A stretch of DNA of 64,000 nucleotides from contig NC_045696.1 of the NCBI RefSeq assembly GCF_009834535.1, forward strand, positions 38,814,001-38,878,000, read 5' to 3'. This document shows, in pieces, positions 13,501 to 26,044 of the stretch. Below the pieces are notes generated by a model. The model worked only from the letters and a program-made list of their open reading frames with translations, was not told where the DNA came from and searched no databases. The stretch comes from Camelus ferus. Taxonomy: Eukaryota. The translations under genes and the position numbers were made by a program. Every line of letters begins with the position of its first letter. Positions within the stretch are counted from its first letter, which is position 1.

Positions 13501-14614
13501 TTTTCTTATTTTTTCCTAAAAACATGAATCCTTATAGATTTTTATAGAATCCTAGAGAGCAGGAGATTTATCTTTTACATTTTTTAAAGCTTTTCAGCAT
13601 TTAGATTAATACACTGCTTAGCGGCAGCTTAATTAATTGCTGATAATTACACCAATAAGAAAATGGTAGAAAGTGGTTGAAACTATGAGAACATTGTAAA
13701 ATTACATTTATTTCTCCTCTGATATCCACTTTCACAACCACCAGATGAGTTAATCACAACCTACCAAATAAAGAAGCTTAAAATAATCCTTAATGCATCA
13801 TAAAGAGATGAAAAAATTACAATAGAAAGCAGCAAATGGAACAACATTGAAGAATTTATAACAATGAGTCAGGGTATTCACAAACAAAGGGAAAAATTCA
13901 GTTTTAAAGTCTCTGAAAACATCCTACCAATGTTTGAGCACAAAAAGATGCCTATGTGCATGGATAAGACCCAAGACAAATTGTTCATAAAAACGCATAG
14001 TACGTAATATTTTAAAGCCTGCAAACATCTGAAATACATCCAGTCTGTCTAATGAAATGGTGAATCAATGAGGAAAAAACAAATACCAGTCACAGTTCTT
14101 AAGATATTTGGGATACACCTTGATAATTAGCCAGGAACCACAGGAAATACTAAGTACTGCCTGTTTTTGTTTCAGCAACATCCAACACTGTCTAATTCAG
14201 AGTTACTCTCCCTGCTCCCAATGATTTTCGAACAAACCCAGACTAAATTGGTTTACTGGGGAAGATCAATGAGCAGATGTTCAGCAAGTGGAAAGCACAA
14301 TGTTCATTGGCCCATCTTGCTTGTACAGAAAAAAGACAAAGTAAGACAGTGTACACAAAGTTGCTGACTTTAGACCTAGAGTTCCAAAGATAGCATCTGA
14401 AGAAATCAAGTCATTACTAATGCTTAATTGCTAGTTTCATCTTTGAGGTCAAAAAAATGCTTTTTTTCCTCTAACAGTAAGAAACTGGAAAGGAAAACAT
14501 AAATATAGCATAAATCACATGAAAAGTCTTTAAAAAGCTTACTCATTCCCACTGTAAAGAGCTTTACATCAATGACAAATAAATTGAAAAATGTGATCAG
14601 TTAGTTGTGCCGTT

Positions 14615-15152
14615 AGTGGCAGACCCTGTTAGCTGCCTATCTGACCTCTCTTGTCATACCTTCCTTGTTAATAAAATCTGTATTTGGATGTTTATAATGA
14701 ACTCAGGTCCAAGAAATAAATCATGATTTATATACAAGCCAGTTACATTTATACCGTTCTCCCTTGACACTTAAATTCTACACTTCAGTCACTTAAATGC
14801 AAAGGAAAGTGAGACTGGCAACTTTGGTGAATGTTTTGGTGTTGAGGTCTATTAGAAATAGGCATGAATAGAGAGCTTTCTAGTATTGGTCTTTTTTTTC
14901 TTTATTGCCTCAAATACAGTTTTGGAAGGACATGCTCTTGGGGCTTAAGGGGCAAACCCAGTTCTGAAGATGGCTGGGTAGGAGAGCAAAGAGCCTGGTT
15001 CTCTGATGAAATTGTTACATTTCTATGTCAATACAGAAACCACTTACTCCAGTTAGTTGTTTGTAATTTAATTAAACACTTTATTTACTTAAGCTCCTGA
15101 AAATTGTGCAGTCTATGACTCTATGACTTGTATCTGAAGACATTCTGATACA
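14615..15152 (+). mobile_element. Ancient MaLR/ERVL-type solo LTR
   Basis: Starts gtggcagaccctgttagctgcc; internal aaagagcctggttctctgatga; ends acttgtatctgaagacattctgataca. Confidence 0.5.
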
Positions 15153-15304
15153 GTAATCAACACATGAGAAAGCTTCCAGATTAATAGATAGTATACATTA
15201 AAAAATGAAAAGATTAGTTGAAGTAAAATATCGCCTTAGTCATACACATCTGACTAGATTATCTAAGCAGACTGTAAATGTAGGTTTGAGGATTCTGTAA
15301 TCAT

Positions 15305-16050
15305 AATTTATTCATTTAACATGTGTTTCTTAGTATTATTAGGTGCTAAGTTGGAGATAAAAAACATGTGAGGAGAAGACCAACATTAAATAATCATGTG
15401 TAATTATAATCTGAGATTCTGCACAACACACGTGTGTTGAGTGCCTTTCTGTGCTACACACGGTTCTGGACATTGGAGATATTCCAGTAAACAAACTTTT
15501 ATTAAGGAGTTTAAAGCCTTGAGTACAGTGGGACTAAAGATAATAAATAAAGTTTAAAAAAGAGAAAAAGGAATCTCAATCTTAGATGGTAATAATTTCT
15601 GGATATAAAATAAAAACATGAAAAATCAAACTGAGTAGCTACCTTGGAAGGCATAGCTTGGAAATGGGAACAAGCTTGGCATATTTTATAGTAGGAGTAA
15701 GGCCAGGATGGTTGGCAGACTGAGAGATCAGAGAGGGTGGGAGGAAACTAGGACTGAGGGGCCAGATCTTGCAGAAATTCAAAGTTCATGGAATGGAGTA
15801 GAGTAACTAAAATGAAGCCATTGGAAGATTTTAAGCAATTGGTGACATAATAGAACTTGTGTTTTTAAGAGCTTACCGTGCCTGATATGTTGAGAATGAA
15901 TTGTAGAGGGTCAAACAGAGAGAGCAAAAGATCCATTTGCACCATGCTAGACAGGAAATGATAGTAGCTTGTTGTAAGGTGGTAATAAAAAAAAAAAAAA
16001 AATGAAGAGTGGTGAAGAGACTTGGGATATCTTGTGTCAGTAGGTCCACC
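15305..16050 (-). mobile_element. LINE-2 fragments
   Basis: ttgagtgcctttctgtgctacacacggttctggacattggagata; gaagccattggaagattttaagca; tgttgagaatgaattgtagaggg. Confidence 0.65.
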
Positions 16051-17924
16051 AAGATATGTGAGAGTGTGTGTGTGTATTTATGTATTTATAATTTTTTTAA
16101 ATAAGGAAGTTGAGGTCCAAAGAAATTAAGTGATATGCTCAAGTCACATGGCTGTTACAAAGGAAACGATGTCAATTATTATTGCTGTAATGACATTGTT
16201 AAAGGAAAGTGTCTGTTCCACGATTGAATCTTCCTCCTTCTCTTCTGATACTTCCCACTGCAAATTCTCTTCTATCATATGCAAACTTCCTTCTGTCTCT
16301 CACCTCTGAGACCCGTGCACAAGGTAACAAATGACTGTAGCTGAAAGTCTTTGAAGACTGAGAAATAAAGAGAATGATCTCTTAGTCTTTGGTGAGATAT
16401 ATCACGAACGCACATGTAACTCAAAATGTTTTTTCCTTTTACTTACCGAACTTTTAAAATTATTCTGCAATGAATATTTTACTTTCTTGATAAGAGAAAG
16501 AAAACAGTGTATGTTATAAAAATAGAGAGAAATAGCTCTTGGCAGAGTTCCAAGATATCCTTCTGATCAGTATATTTAAAAATTCTTCTCCCTGGTATTA
16601 GTCAGTGAATAAACAACATGTTTGATTGTTTTAATATGACTTCTGTAATCAAAAAGATGGCTGGAGGTCATTTCGCTGGGCAACAGTTATTTTTAAATGA
16701 AAGATGAAGAGATTAAGGAAATGAACATTACCATTACTGATTTTTTTAATGGAATTCTGGGCAATATTCCAAGAATCCTCAGATTCTTCCACAGATTCAA
16801 ATTCAATACCTATCCCTCGTTGTCACCGCAGGGCCTACCATTAAGCCCCACAGTCATCAAGTTTTCCAAGCTGTAAACAATCGTTAGGAGATCAAAAGCT
16901 AGAGAAAATGCTACGGAATTTTGAAGTGTACTTTTAAAAGACATAAAACTGAATTCCAAACATTCAAAAATGTATTAGCATCCTTGTCATGAAATAAATA
17001 CTTTCCCCCATTTTCTCACCTGTCTATTCCTTGGTTGGTTTATGCTAGCCACTTACCAATCAGGTTTTCATAGGGCCAGCATTTGCAGCCATGGCTCATT
17101 ACAGGAAAGCAAAAAGAGGTCACTGAAAAGGTAACTGCAAGGAACTTTCCCTAAACTCTCACTTGGACCTTTCTCTCTGCAAGGAACAGCTCTGAATGCA
17201 TCTATAATCCATCAATATTATCGTATATTCAGATCATGACCTGTTCTAATTAACATGAACAGAGTTTCACTATACCTAGTTCTGCTTCTTCAAACTTGCA
17301 GTAAGAACAGGGTATTATTATATGAAGCATGCACATTATTCAGTTGTTTAACCATGCTCTTAATCAGTGTATAATATGTGTTACAAATAGGCAGCTGCTA
17401 AATGAATTATACATAAAGATAATGTTTTCTAGATTACTCTTGCCTGTATATATTGCATAATTTAGGTCCTAACACATTCTAATCCTTAATTCTCTTCTTT
17501 TTATAGAAACTGAATCATTACCTTGTTCTTTTCAGTGGTTCCAAGTTTTATTTTTCATACATGCTGTAAAAGTAAACTCTCTTTAAGGGAAGGCAACATT
17601 TTTACTGTAAGTGTTTATAGCATGTATTTTTCTATGGGCTCAGATTTCTTTTTTTAGGAAAGTTTTATGGTTGTTCCTAGTTAAGTTGCAAATACATTTG
17701 CTTTTAGAAATAATTGCTACTAAAAGAAAAGCATAAATTCAATACATCCAAGTTTTCTTCATAGAAATTAATAGCTAACAAAGATAAGAGGTAAGCTGTT
17801 ATACTCTCATCTTTGCCTCACCCTCTATAGAATTTCATAATGAGGGCATTGCAATAGGCCAATATGTAGATGGAATCACTAAGTAATGGAGAAAACACTA
17901 TAACATAATATGGCAAAAAAAAAA

Positions 17925-18070
17925 TAGTGGGTTGTATACATGGGGCTCAGATTTTAATTTCAGTCTGGCCATCATCCAGTGAACAAACGTCAATCAGCAA
18001 TTTAAAATCCTTACGCCTCAGTTTCTGCATCTTGAATAGATTTGATAAAACTTTCCATTCTATAAAAATG
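17925..18070 (+). mobile_element. MIR fragment
   Basis: Core gcctcagtttctgcatctt. Confidence 0.55.
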
Positions 18071-18134
18071 TTACAATAACCGACAAGATAATAAGTAAGA
18101 TTAAGTATAGATTACAGCTGCTATTGAGATGAAC

Positions 18135-18325
18135 AGTATTAAAAATCACCTAAGGCACTTATTAAAATACAGATTCCCAGTTTTCAGCCCCAGAGATTAA
18201 TTTTCATTCAGTAGGTCTGGGGGAGGAGTAGCAAGGTATGATCTGGAAATCTGGGTTTTCAGTAAACACCCAGGTGGCTGTGAAACAGGCAATCTAAAGG
18301 CCTCATCTTGATTAACTGCCTTAAT
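18135..18325. mobile_element. MER5-like hAT-Charlie element
   Basis: aatcacct...ttaaaatacagattcccag...ccccagaga...attcagtaggtctgggg...aacacccaggtg. Confidence 0.7.
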
Positions 18326-21300
18326 GTAATCTAGACACATAACCAGTTATTTCCTCCTCCAGCCTTAAATAAAACAGAAATCACAGGCAGGTAAAAGATT
18401 TGTCAGTACAGTGGGAAGGTGCGTGGGAGAGGAGGGGAGGTGAGTGGCATGGACAATGGAAAGTTAGACTTGTTTTGCTCACATGGAGAGACTACACTGT
18501 GCAACAAAAAGTAATTGCCTCTCTGATGTTATTCTTCAAATAAATGTTCCGTGTAGCCCAAGTATTTTGTTTTCATTTTCTCACAGAAGATAGTTTTCAG
18601 TGTAAAACATGCTTACTAACTAAAGAGGGAAATTGTTAGCCCCGATGTCAATTTTTTATTCTGGTGTTACCATTGTTTTGATGGCTTCAGGAGTCTCTGC
18701 TTTGCTACTTTCATGCAGTTTCTTTGGTGTAAGTTATCTGTGATGGTCATTTTCCTCCAATATTGACTAATATAGAAATGTATGCCCCTCTCTAGGCACT
18801 TGTAAAAGACCTGTAAAATTTTGTGAAAGTACTTTAAACTATGATATAAATATAATCTGTGGCCAAACATAAATAACTTTGCTCAGCAAAGTCATTTAGT
18901 TGCCCCAGGTGCTGAATTTTCTCTGAGTCTTAAAATAATTATGTATATTTCAGATTATGCCATTGAATGCTTAATATCTCTAAAGTTGATAGGGTTTCAG
19001 GATACTTGGACATGATTAGACTTTGCTTGAACTCCAATATGTCTGATGGGAAATAGCAGAAACTGCTGGAATTGCAGTTTCTAGAGTCTGACCTAGAATA
19101 CATCTTCTGGTTCTAAAATGAAATTCATTCTCCACACTCAACATTAGAAAATATGGTAGTATTAGGATCACTTTATAAAATCTATACATACTAGAGGGAA
19201 AAAATACACAAAAGCATGATAAAACAAAACAAAATAAAACAAAACTAAACCTTTGTGTAATCATCATAAAATGCTACCACGCGGTCTTTATACACTTGTA
19301 CAGATATGCCCCCTTGTGGTGAATGAATGGGACACAGGACGTTTGAAAAGGTTTCTGGAAACCAAGGAAGAGTAACTTTGTTTTTCTTAGTTTATTATTG
19401 TCTGAGATAGAAGATATACATCTTAATAAGCCCTGAGCCACAAGGATTTTACTTACATGTTATTTATTAAAGCTTAATGACTTTAAACTATTTACTCCTA
19501 AGATAGAAGGAAGGATCAGAGAAAACTGATTCCTAATATTCAAACTGAGAAGTTACTCAAATTTATATTGGGATTCCAATATTGGACTTTAAAAAGACTT
19601 AGTTGGTGTTATTACCTATGAAATTTAAGGTATAAATGGAAACATAATCCCAGTGAGAAGATCAAATGTAAAGTCAGAAAAAGGAATTGTTAAAGTAAGT
19701 GAAAGCAGCATCTTTAAAACAAATCGGGTTGAAGACAGAAAGAAGTAGAGAGAAACTTATTGGAAAAGAAAATAAAACATGCAGACTTTTCATTGACATT
19801 TTTAAATGCCAATGCTAAGTTTTTGTGTGTATAAATGAAACTCATAGTTCTGAGAACATCTAAGAGGCCTTGAGGATGTCTTAAAGGGCAAGAGGGCAAC
19901 CATGATCTTGGAAGATTTAAGGCAATGAGATTCTACAGATTTGGTCTCAGTGCTTATATATAATTGATACAAATAAGTGGAAAAAAGGGTAGATAAAATT
20001 CAGCAACCTGATAAAGCCCTAATTAATGAAGAGAGAAATTCTCAAGGGTTGTCAGAGAAGAATACTGAAATACAAACTATTCCAGTGGATTTTCTGTTGT
20101 ATCAGGAAAATTACCAGAAATAATAATAGCAATTGCAGACACTAGTTTGAAAAATAAGTGATACTTATTTTATGGATATGTTTTCCCAAATTTATTTTGG
20201 ATATGAGGGTGGTAATACATAAATTAATTTTGAATAAAACAATTCAAAATTATTTTCCAGCATTACTAGAGATTATACACAGGTTATATTACCATAGAAT
20301 TTAGACCACATTTGTCCAGTTTCCCCTGACCCACTAAAACTATTACAAATTTATTCAAGTGTTGTAAACAGCGCAGAAAAATATAAGCCAATTTAGCACC
20401 TCGTAAGAGCATGTGGAAAACTATTTGTAAATGTTTATTTTCCTCATCCTAAAATAAGAGAATATAAGGAAGTTTCAAGAACAAAGCAGAACATTTTCTG
20501 TGATATTTTGAAATCTGTTTCCGGCTATTCTTCTTTTTAATTCCTACTCTTGAAAGCTTATAAAACATTGACAGAAAGAGGATTATAAAAACAATCTTAA
20601 GATATCATTCATTGTACTCCCTTTGGTATTTTGTACTGTTCTCTTGATTTTTTAAAATATCACTATATATTCATTTTTACTAGTTTTCTAGCTTTGAATT
20701 TTTGAGGTTAATCTAGATCACATTTCTAATGAAAGTATTTTTTAAAACTCACGTCCCTCCACTGTCTAAATTGCAGTCATCCTGCCATTCACATTGGCAG
20801 GAAATGACCTGAACTTTGTATTTCAAAAGGTGTTGAGACCAGACTATAAAGTCCCTTGTTCTTCACTCTACGTAGATTGAATATAGCTTGCCGAGAACAA
20901 TCCGAGATAGAAGAGAGGATAAGTGACATATGCCACAATTTACAAGAGATAAATAAACAAAAATAAGGAAAACAAAAATAAAATATGAATGTGGCACAGC
21001 GTGACAAAAATATGCCCCACTAAAGCAGCATTCTGTAAGGTGTACTCCTTGCCTGATTTTACTTGTACTGGCCCAGAATCTTAGTTGTCACAGTCTCAGA
21101 GGCTCTACCAGTAGATATCAATAGATGACAGTATCTGGACAGTTCTTCAGTTCTGGGTTCGTGGGGATGACCAAAGGATGACTCAAAATAGCCTGAACCT
21201 GTGTTATGAAAATAAAACAAAATACATTTTACCAGATATTAAATTAACCATAGATCTGCTCAACATACAAGAAAATAACATATTAATATTAAATTCCAAT

Positions 21301-21971
21301 TTCTTCTCAGTCAAAATTTGTAGAAAAGTGTCCAAGACAGTGATCTATTTTGGCCTAATCTGAATTCTTTTTCCAGTTTTCAATGACACCTTTCTAATGC
21401 TTATCATTTCTATCAGTACACTTGCTCAAAGTTCATGTTAAGGGCAGTCCTTTTTCACTTTAATTCTAAGATGAGTTACTTCCTTTAGTAAAGTGGAAAA
21501 TACTAGTTTCCTGCTGGCTTTGTAAATCCAGAAATAACATGTCTCTGCATCATGCCATAGCACCGCCAGTCTCTTTCCAAGTCCTCATACTATGCACTGC
21601 ATTTTTCATAGAAATGGGAAATATTGATAAAGATTTTTTTTGGTACAATATTATCAAAAGAAATTCAGAGCAAAAGGAATTGTAAAGACTGAGCCCCCTA
21701 ATGTTGTTCAGCTTACTTGTAAGTGTCTCAAGCCCCCATGTTCATCCTAAGAAAGATTTTAACATAGTTCCAGAGTCCTTCCACTGGCTACAAACACTAA
21801 AGAAACTTGATAGAACATTGGAGTTTATGATGGACGAGGAACTATGACCGAGACATTTTCTAGTTCATGAAACTTTGATTTTTAAGCTGTCCATTCTACA
21901 GTCTTTAAGTATATAATCAGGTTTTCAGACATCCAATCTAAAACACTTATCAGAAATTTTCTCAACCTAAC

Positions 21972-22344
21972 TCTCTTAGTCAGTTTGGGCTGCTATAACA
22001 AAACAACATAGACTGCATGGCTTCAACAGTATGAATTCATTTCTCCCAGTTCTGAAGGCTGAAAGCCCAACATCAGGGTTCTGGCTTATTCAGTTCCCTG
22101 GTGAGAACTCTCTTCCTGGCTTGCAGCTACCCTCTCACTGTGTCCTCACATGATGAAAAGAGAAAGAGAACTCTGATCCCTCTGCTTCTTATCAGGACAC
22201 TAACTGCATCATGAGGACCCCACCCTCATGACCTCATCCAAACCTAATAACCCCCCTAAGTCCCCACCTCTGAATACCGTCACATTGAAGGGTAGGGTTT
22301 CAACATATGATTTTTGCAGGGACATAAACATTCAGTCCATCACA
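21972..22344 (-). mobile_element. MLT1A-like MaLR solo LTR with 5-bp TSD
   Basis: tcttagtcagtttgggctgctataacaaaa...gggacataaacattcagtccatcaca; CTAAC at 21967-21971 and 22345-22349. Confidence 0.9.
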
Positions 22345-23589
22345 CTAACCAAATCCTTAAGAGCTGAAAACTAGGAGATGTGTAAAATTTTACCCTGAAA
22401 GACCTGCTTTTTCTGTGGTGGTGGTTGTGTGTTGGTTGTTTATCTTTCAACCAAGCCATTTAAGGGGAAATTTTAATACTTGAGTAAAAGAATCCTAAAA
22501 TTAAAGTTGTGACGAGGTTTGCGTTCATTTGAAGGGTCCTCCTTAAGCAATGCTACCCAGTCACATCTTTTACAGTTCCTCTTTGTGGCTCAAATAAGTG
22601 TGCTCAAGTTGGAGGTTTACACAGTTGGATTTTCTCTCATAGATGTCCCTGTAGTCTTTGATACATAGTTCATGAGCTGCGTGAACAAAATCAGCACTGC
22701 TTCTTGGCAAATTTGTGAAAAGTAACTTGCTCTTTGGGTAGAGAACGATGCTTCTCCCCTAGTGTATGTCAAGATGTCAAAAGTATTATGTATGTATGAT
22801 TTAGGCTGCTGTCCTGTCCCACAGGACTTCCTTTTATGTCTTGGAGACAATCCAGGGCTCAAATAAGAAACAGAGATCTCTTTAGTACCTCAAAATTTAA
22901 CAGCTGAGGGAGTGGGGAGAGGAGGGAGATAAGGAAGGAGGAAGAGATATCAAGCCTCTTTTGCACTGGGCTTGGGCAGTCAGCCTGTCTCGTTTTACAA
23001 ATATCTCCTCTGATTCCCACCTAAAATAAAAATTTTTTATAACTTTAAAAAAATTAAATATTAATTAAATGAGTAAGAAAAAAGACAGTAAAGGTGAAAC
23101 ATGTTTTAAAACATAACAGAGTAACCAAGAATTAAGCAAGATATAAAATGGAACTTTAAAGGATTTGACAGTGCCCTGGGAAATGGAAGATTCTTCTTTG
23201 TTGAGGATATCTTAGGAGGCCGGGACACAGACCCTGCCCACAACTGCAGCAAGGAGCTCTCACTTGCAGCATCCAAACCTAAGGCATCGAAACGAGTTGC
23301 CCTCTGTGAGAAGGGGTTCTAGCTCATCTCCCAGCCCCCTTCCTCTCTGATAGTCCAGAACAAACAAAGGGGATAGTCTTCCACCCCTTCAGCTGATTTC
23401 TCATAGAGGGGGACTTCATGGGAGACTTTTTTTCTTGAATTGCAAAATAAAATAAATCTTTAAGGAATGCTTATTTTTTATGGTAGTCTTAGCATCTACT
23501 CTTAAAAACTGGAACAAATGAAATACTCACTTGAATTAAATGTCCACCAACAGGAAAATAGATTAAGTATGGTGTATCCATATGATGGG

Positions 23590-24515
23590 AGAGGTAGCGG
23601 ACATTAACACTGGGCTTCCTGTATTTCTTACCTCCCTTCACCATTGTTATGTACACAGGCCCCTAATATGCATTTCTTACTGAAGTGAACTTGAGTGTAT
23701 TTGCCTGTGTGCAGTAAAGCCAATATACTGACACCTGGTTGCGGTGAAGGAAAGTGCAGCATTTATTGCAGGTACCAAATAAGGAGTTCAGGCAGCTAAT
23801 GCTCAAAAATACCCAAACCCTCCAAAGGCTTTTAGGGAAAGGTTTTTAAAGACAGGGTGAGAGAGAGGCCTGTGGGGTACACGATCAGCTCGTGGACTTT
23901 CTTTCTAGTGGATTGGTGGTGCGGTAATCCAGAGTCAGTATCATCAACCTTCTGGTTCCAATGGTCTGGGGTCTAAGTGCATGTGGTCATTATGCAGTTA
24001 ACTTCTTCCCCTTGGTGGGGGTTTCAGTATCTGCAAAATAGTTCAAAGGCTATGACTCAGAATATTATCTGTAGTCCTTGAGAAGGAAGTAAAAGTCCTT
24101 CACTTTGTTTAATGGCTAAACTACTATTATTTTGTCTTGCTTGGCTGTTTTTCTTTGCTTCTGCATTTTCTCACTTCTCTGATTAAATTTATTCTTTGGA
24201 ACTCAGTGAAGGCCTGGAGGCTAAAGTTTTCCTACAAAAACTATAGGCAGAGGACATGAGGTTGGGGTGGGGTTTGTCCTGGGAAGTCTCACTAGGATCA
24301 GTTACACATTTACTCCAGCAGACAGTACCTGGGACTTTATGAGAAAACTCCCCTAAAGACTGCTGGCACCTACTTTGCCTACAAGTAAAAAGACCTGGGA
24401 AGCAACTTGAGATTCACAACCCACCAGGGACAGTCTTGGACCTGTAACTGGCACTGGCAGAGACAAGGGTATAAAGGCTTCAGCACTCTTGCCTCTGACC
24501 TGGACAACTCTGCAG
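23590..24515. mobile_element. LTR16-like ERVL LTR remnant split by a younger LTR
   Basis: cagcactcttgcctctgacctggacaactctg resembles LTR16; pieces at ~23590-23674 and 24307-24515. Confidence 0.45.
23675..24306 (-). mobile_element. ERV1-class solo LTR (632 bp) with 4-bp TSD
   Basis: Ends t(c)ttactgaa... and ...cagttaca; CATT at 23671-23674 and 24307-24310; minus-strand AATAAA at ~23762-23767. Confidence 0.85.
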
Positions 24516-24729
24516 GGGAATATAAAACAGAATGCATGAGAGTGATTTCAGAGTAGGAGGTACCAGGTGTGGTTGTTAGGGGAAGAAATGAGATCTGGAA
24601 GAGGAACCCCTGGGGCTTTAATAGATGTATACACCTATGAAACCATCACCACAATCAAGAAACCTAATAGAGAAATACCATATTTTTAAAGTCAAGTTGT
24701 AGATATATGGGTGATCATTGTATTAGATT

Positions 24730-25006
24730 TTGTTTGTTTTTATTGTAATATAGTCAGTTTACAGTGTGTTAATTTCTGGTGTATAGCATAATAGTTCAGT
24801 TATACATATACATACATATATTCGTTTTCATATTCTTTTTCATTATAGATTACTACAAGATATTAAATATAGTTCCTTATACTAGACAGTATAAACCTGT
24901 TGTTTATCTACTTTGTGTATAGTAGTTATTATCTGCAAATCTCAAACTCTCAATTTATCCCTTCCCAACCCCTTCCCCCTGGTAACCATAAGTTTGTTTT
25001 TATGTG
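24730..25006 (-). mobile_element. 5'-truncated L1 3'UTR (artiodactyl/camelid type)
   Basis: ttttattgtaatatagtcagtttacagtgtgttaatttctggtg...ctggtaaccataagtttgtttt. Confidence 0.8.
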
Positions 25007-25576
25007 ACTTAATGTGTATGAAATATTTTAGAATATTTTAGAATGATTTTTAGAAAAGATTGAAGGGTAATTCTACATGCTTTTCATTAATATTAAGACA
25101 TATATTGTCATATTAAAAATGTTAAAAGTTCCAGCATCCTCACATTTGTCCTTCAGAAAGAGTATATCTGTCCAAATCTAGAGGTTAAAAAGTCCTTAAA
25201 GCAGAATTCTATAACCACCTAATCTTTCATTTCTCCTACTAACTCCACTTTTCCTATTCTTGTTGTAGCTCATAAGCACACTTTTCCACATTGTTTTCCC
25301 TCAGTTGTCTTCCCAACCCTGATCTCATGATCAACTATTTTAAGAATGCACCTTCATGCCTTGAATTCCCTGCCCTATTCATTTTCAACCTTGTCAAAAT
25401 CCACCCGGGGATAACATGCATTTTCCCTTTCATCTTCTTCTGTTTCCAGGCTCCTGACTTTTGCCATTTAACTGACAAAGCTCTGCCAGTAGGATTCTCT
25501 ACAAACTTTTCCATGAGAATAACTGTTTGTAGCACTTTGAGGATGGAGATTATGTCTCCATTGTTATGTCTATACC

Positions 25577-26044
25577 TGTATTAGTTAGCCAGGGTTGCTA
25601 CAACGAAGCACCCCAAACCAGGTGGCTTAAACAACAGAATTTATTGTCTCACAGTTCTGGAGGCTACACAGCTGAGATCAAGTACTCTATAGGGTTGGTT
25701 CCTTATGAGGGCTGAGAGACAATCTGTTTCATGCCTCTCTTCTAGCTTCTGGTGATTTGCGGGCATCTTTGGTGTTCCTTGGCTCATAGAAGCACTATCC
25801 CAATCTCTGCCTTCATGTTCATATGGCATTCTTCTTGTGTTCATGGCTCTCTGTCCAAATTTCCTCCCTTTTTTATGGACACCAGCTATATTGAATTAAG
25901 GGCTCACTCAGCTTCAGTATGGCCTCATCATAACTAAACTAAGTTCATCTGCAGCAACTCTCTTTCCACGTAAGCTCATATTCTGAAGTACTGGGGTTAC
26001 AACTGCAACATAGGAATTTGGGGGGGCAAGTTCAACTCATAACA
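25577..26044 (-). mobile_element. MLT1C-like MaLR solo LTR, inserted in an L2 3' end
   Basis: tgtattagtt...ggtggcttaaacaacagaatttattgtctcacagttctggaggcta...ttcaactcataaca. Confidence 0.85.

Noticed and set aside
15424..15439. Perfect 16-bp palindrome caacacacgtgtgttg with an E-box
   Set aside because: Lies in a decayed L2 tail; one such palindrome in 64 kb is compatible with chance.
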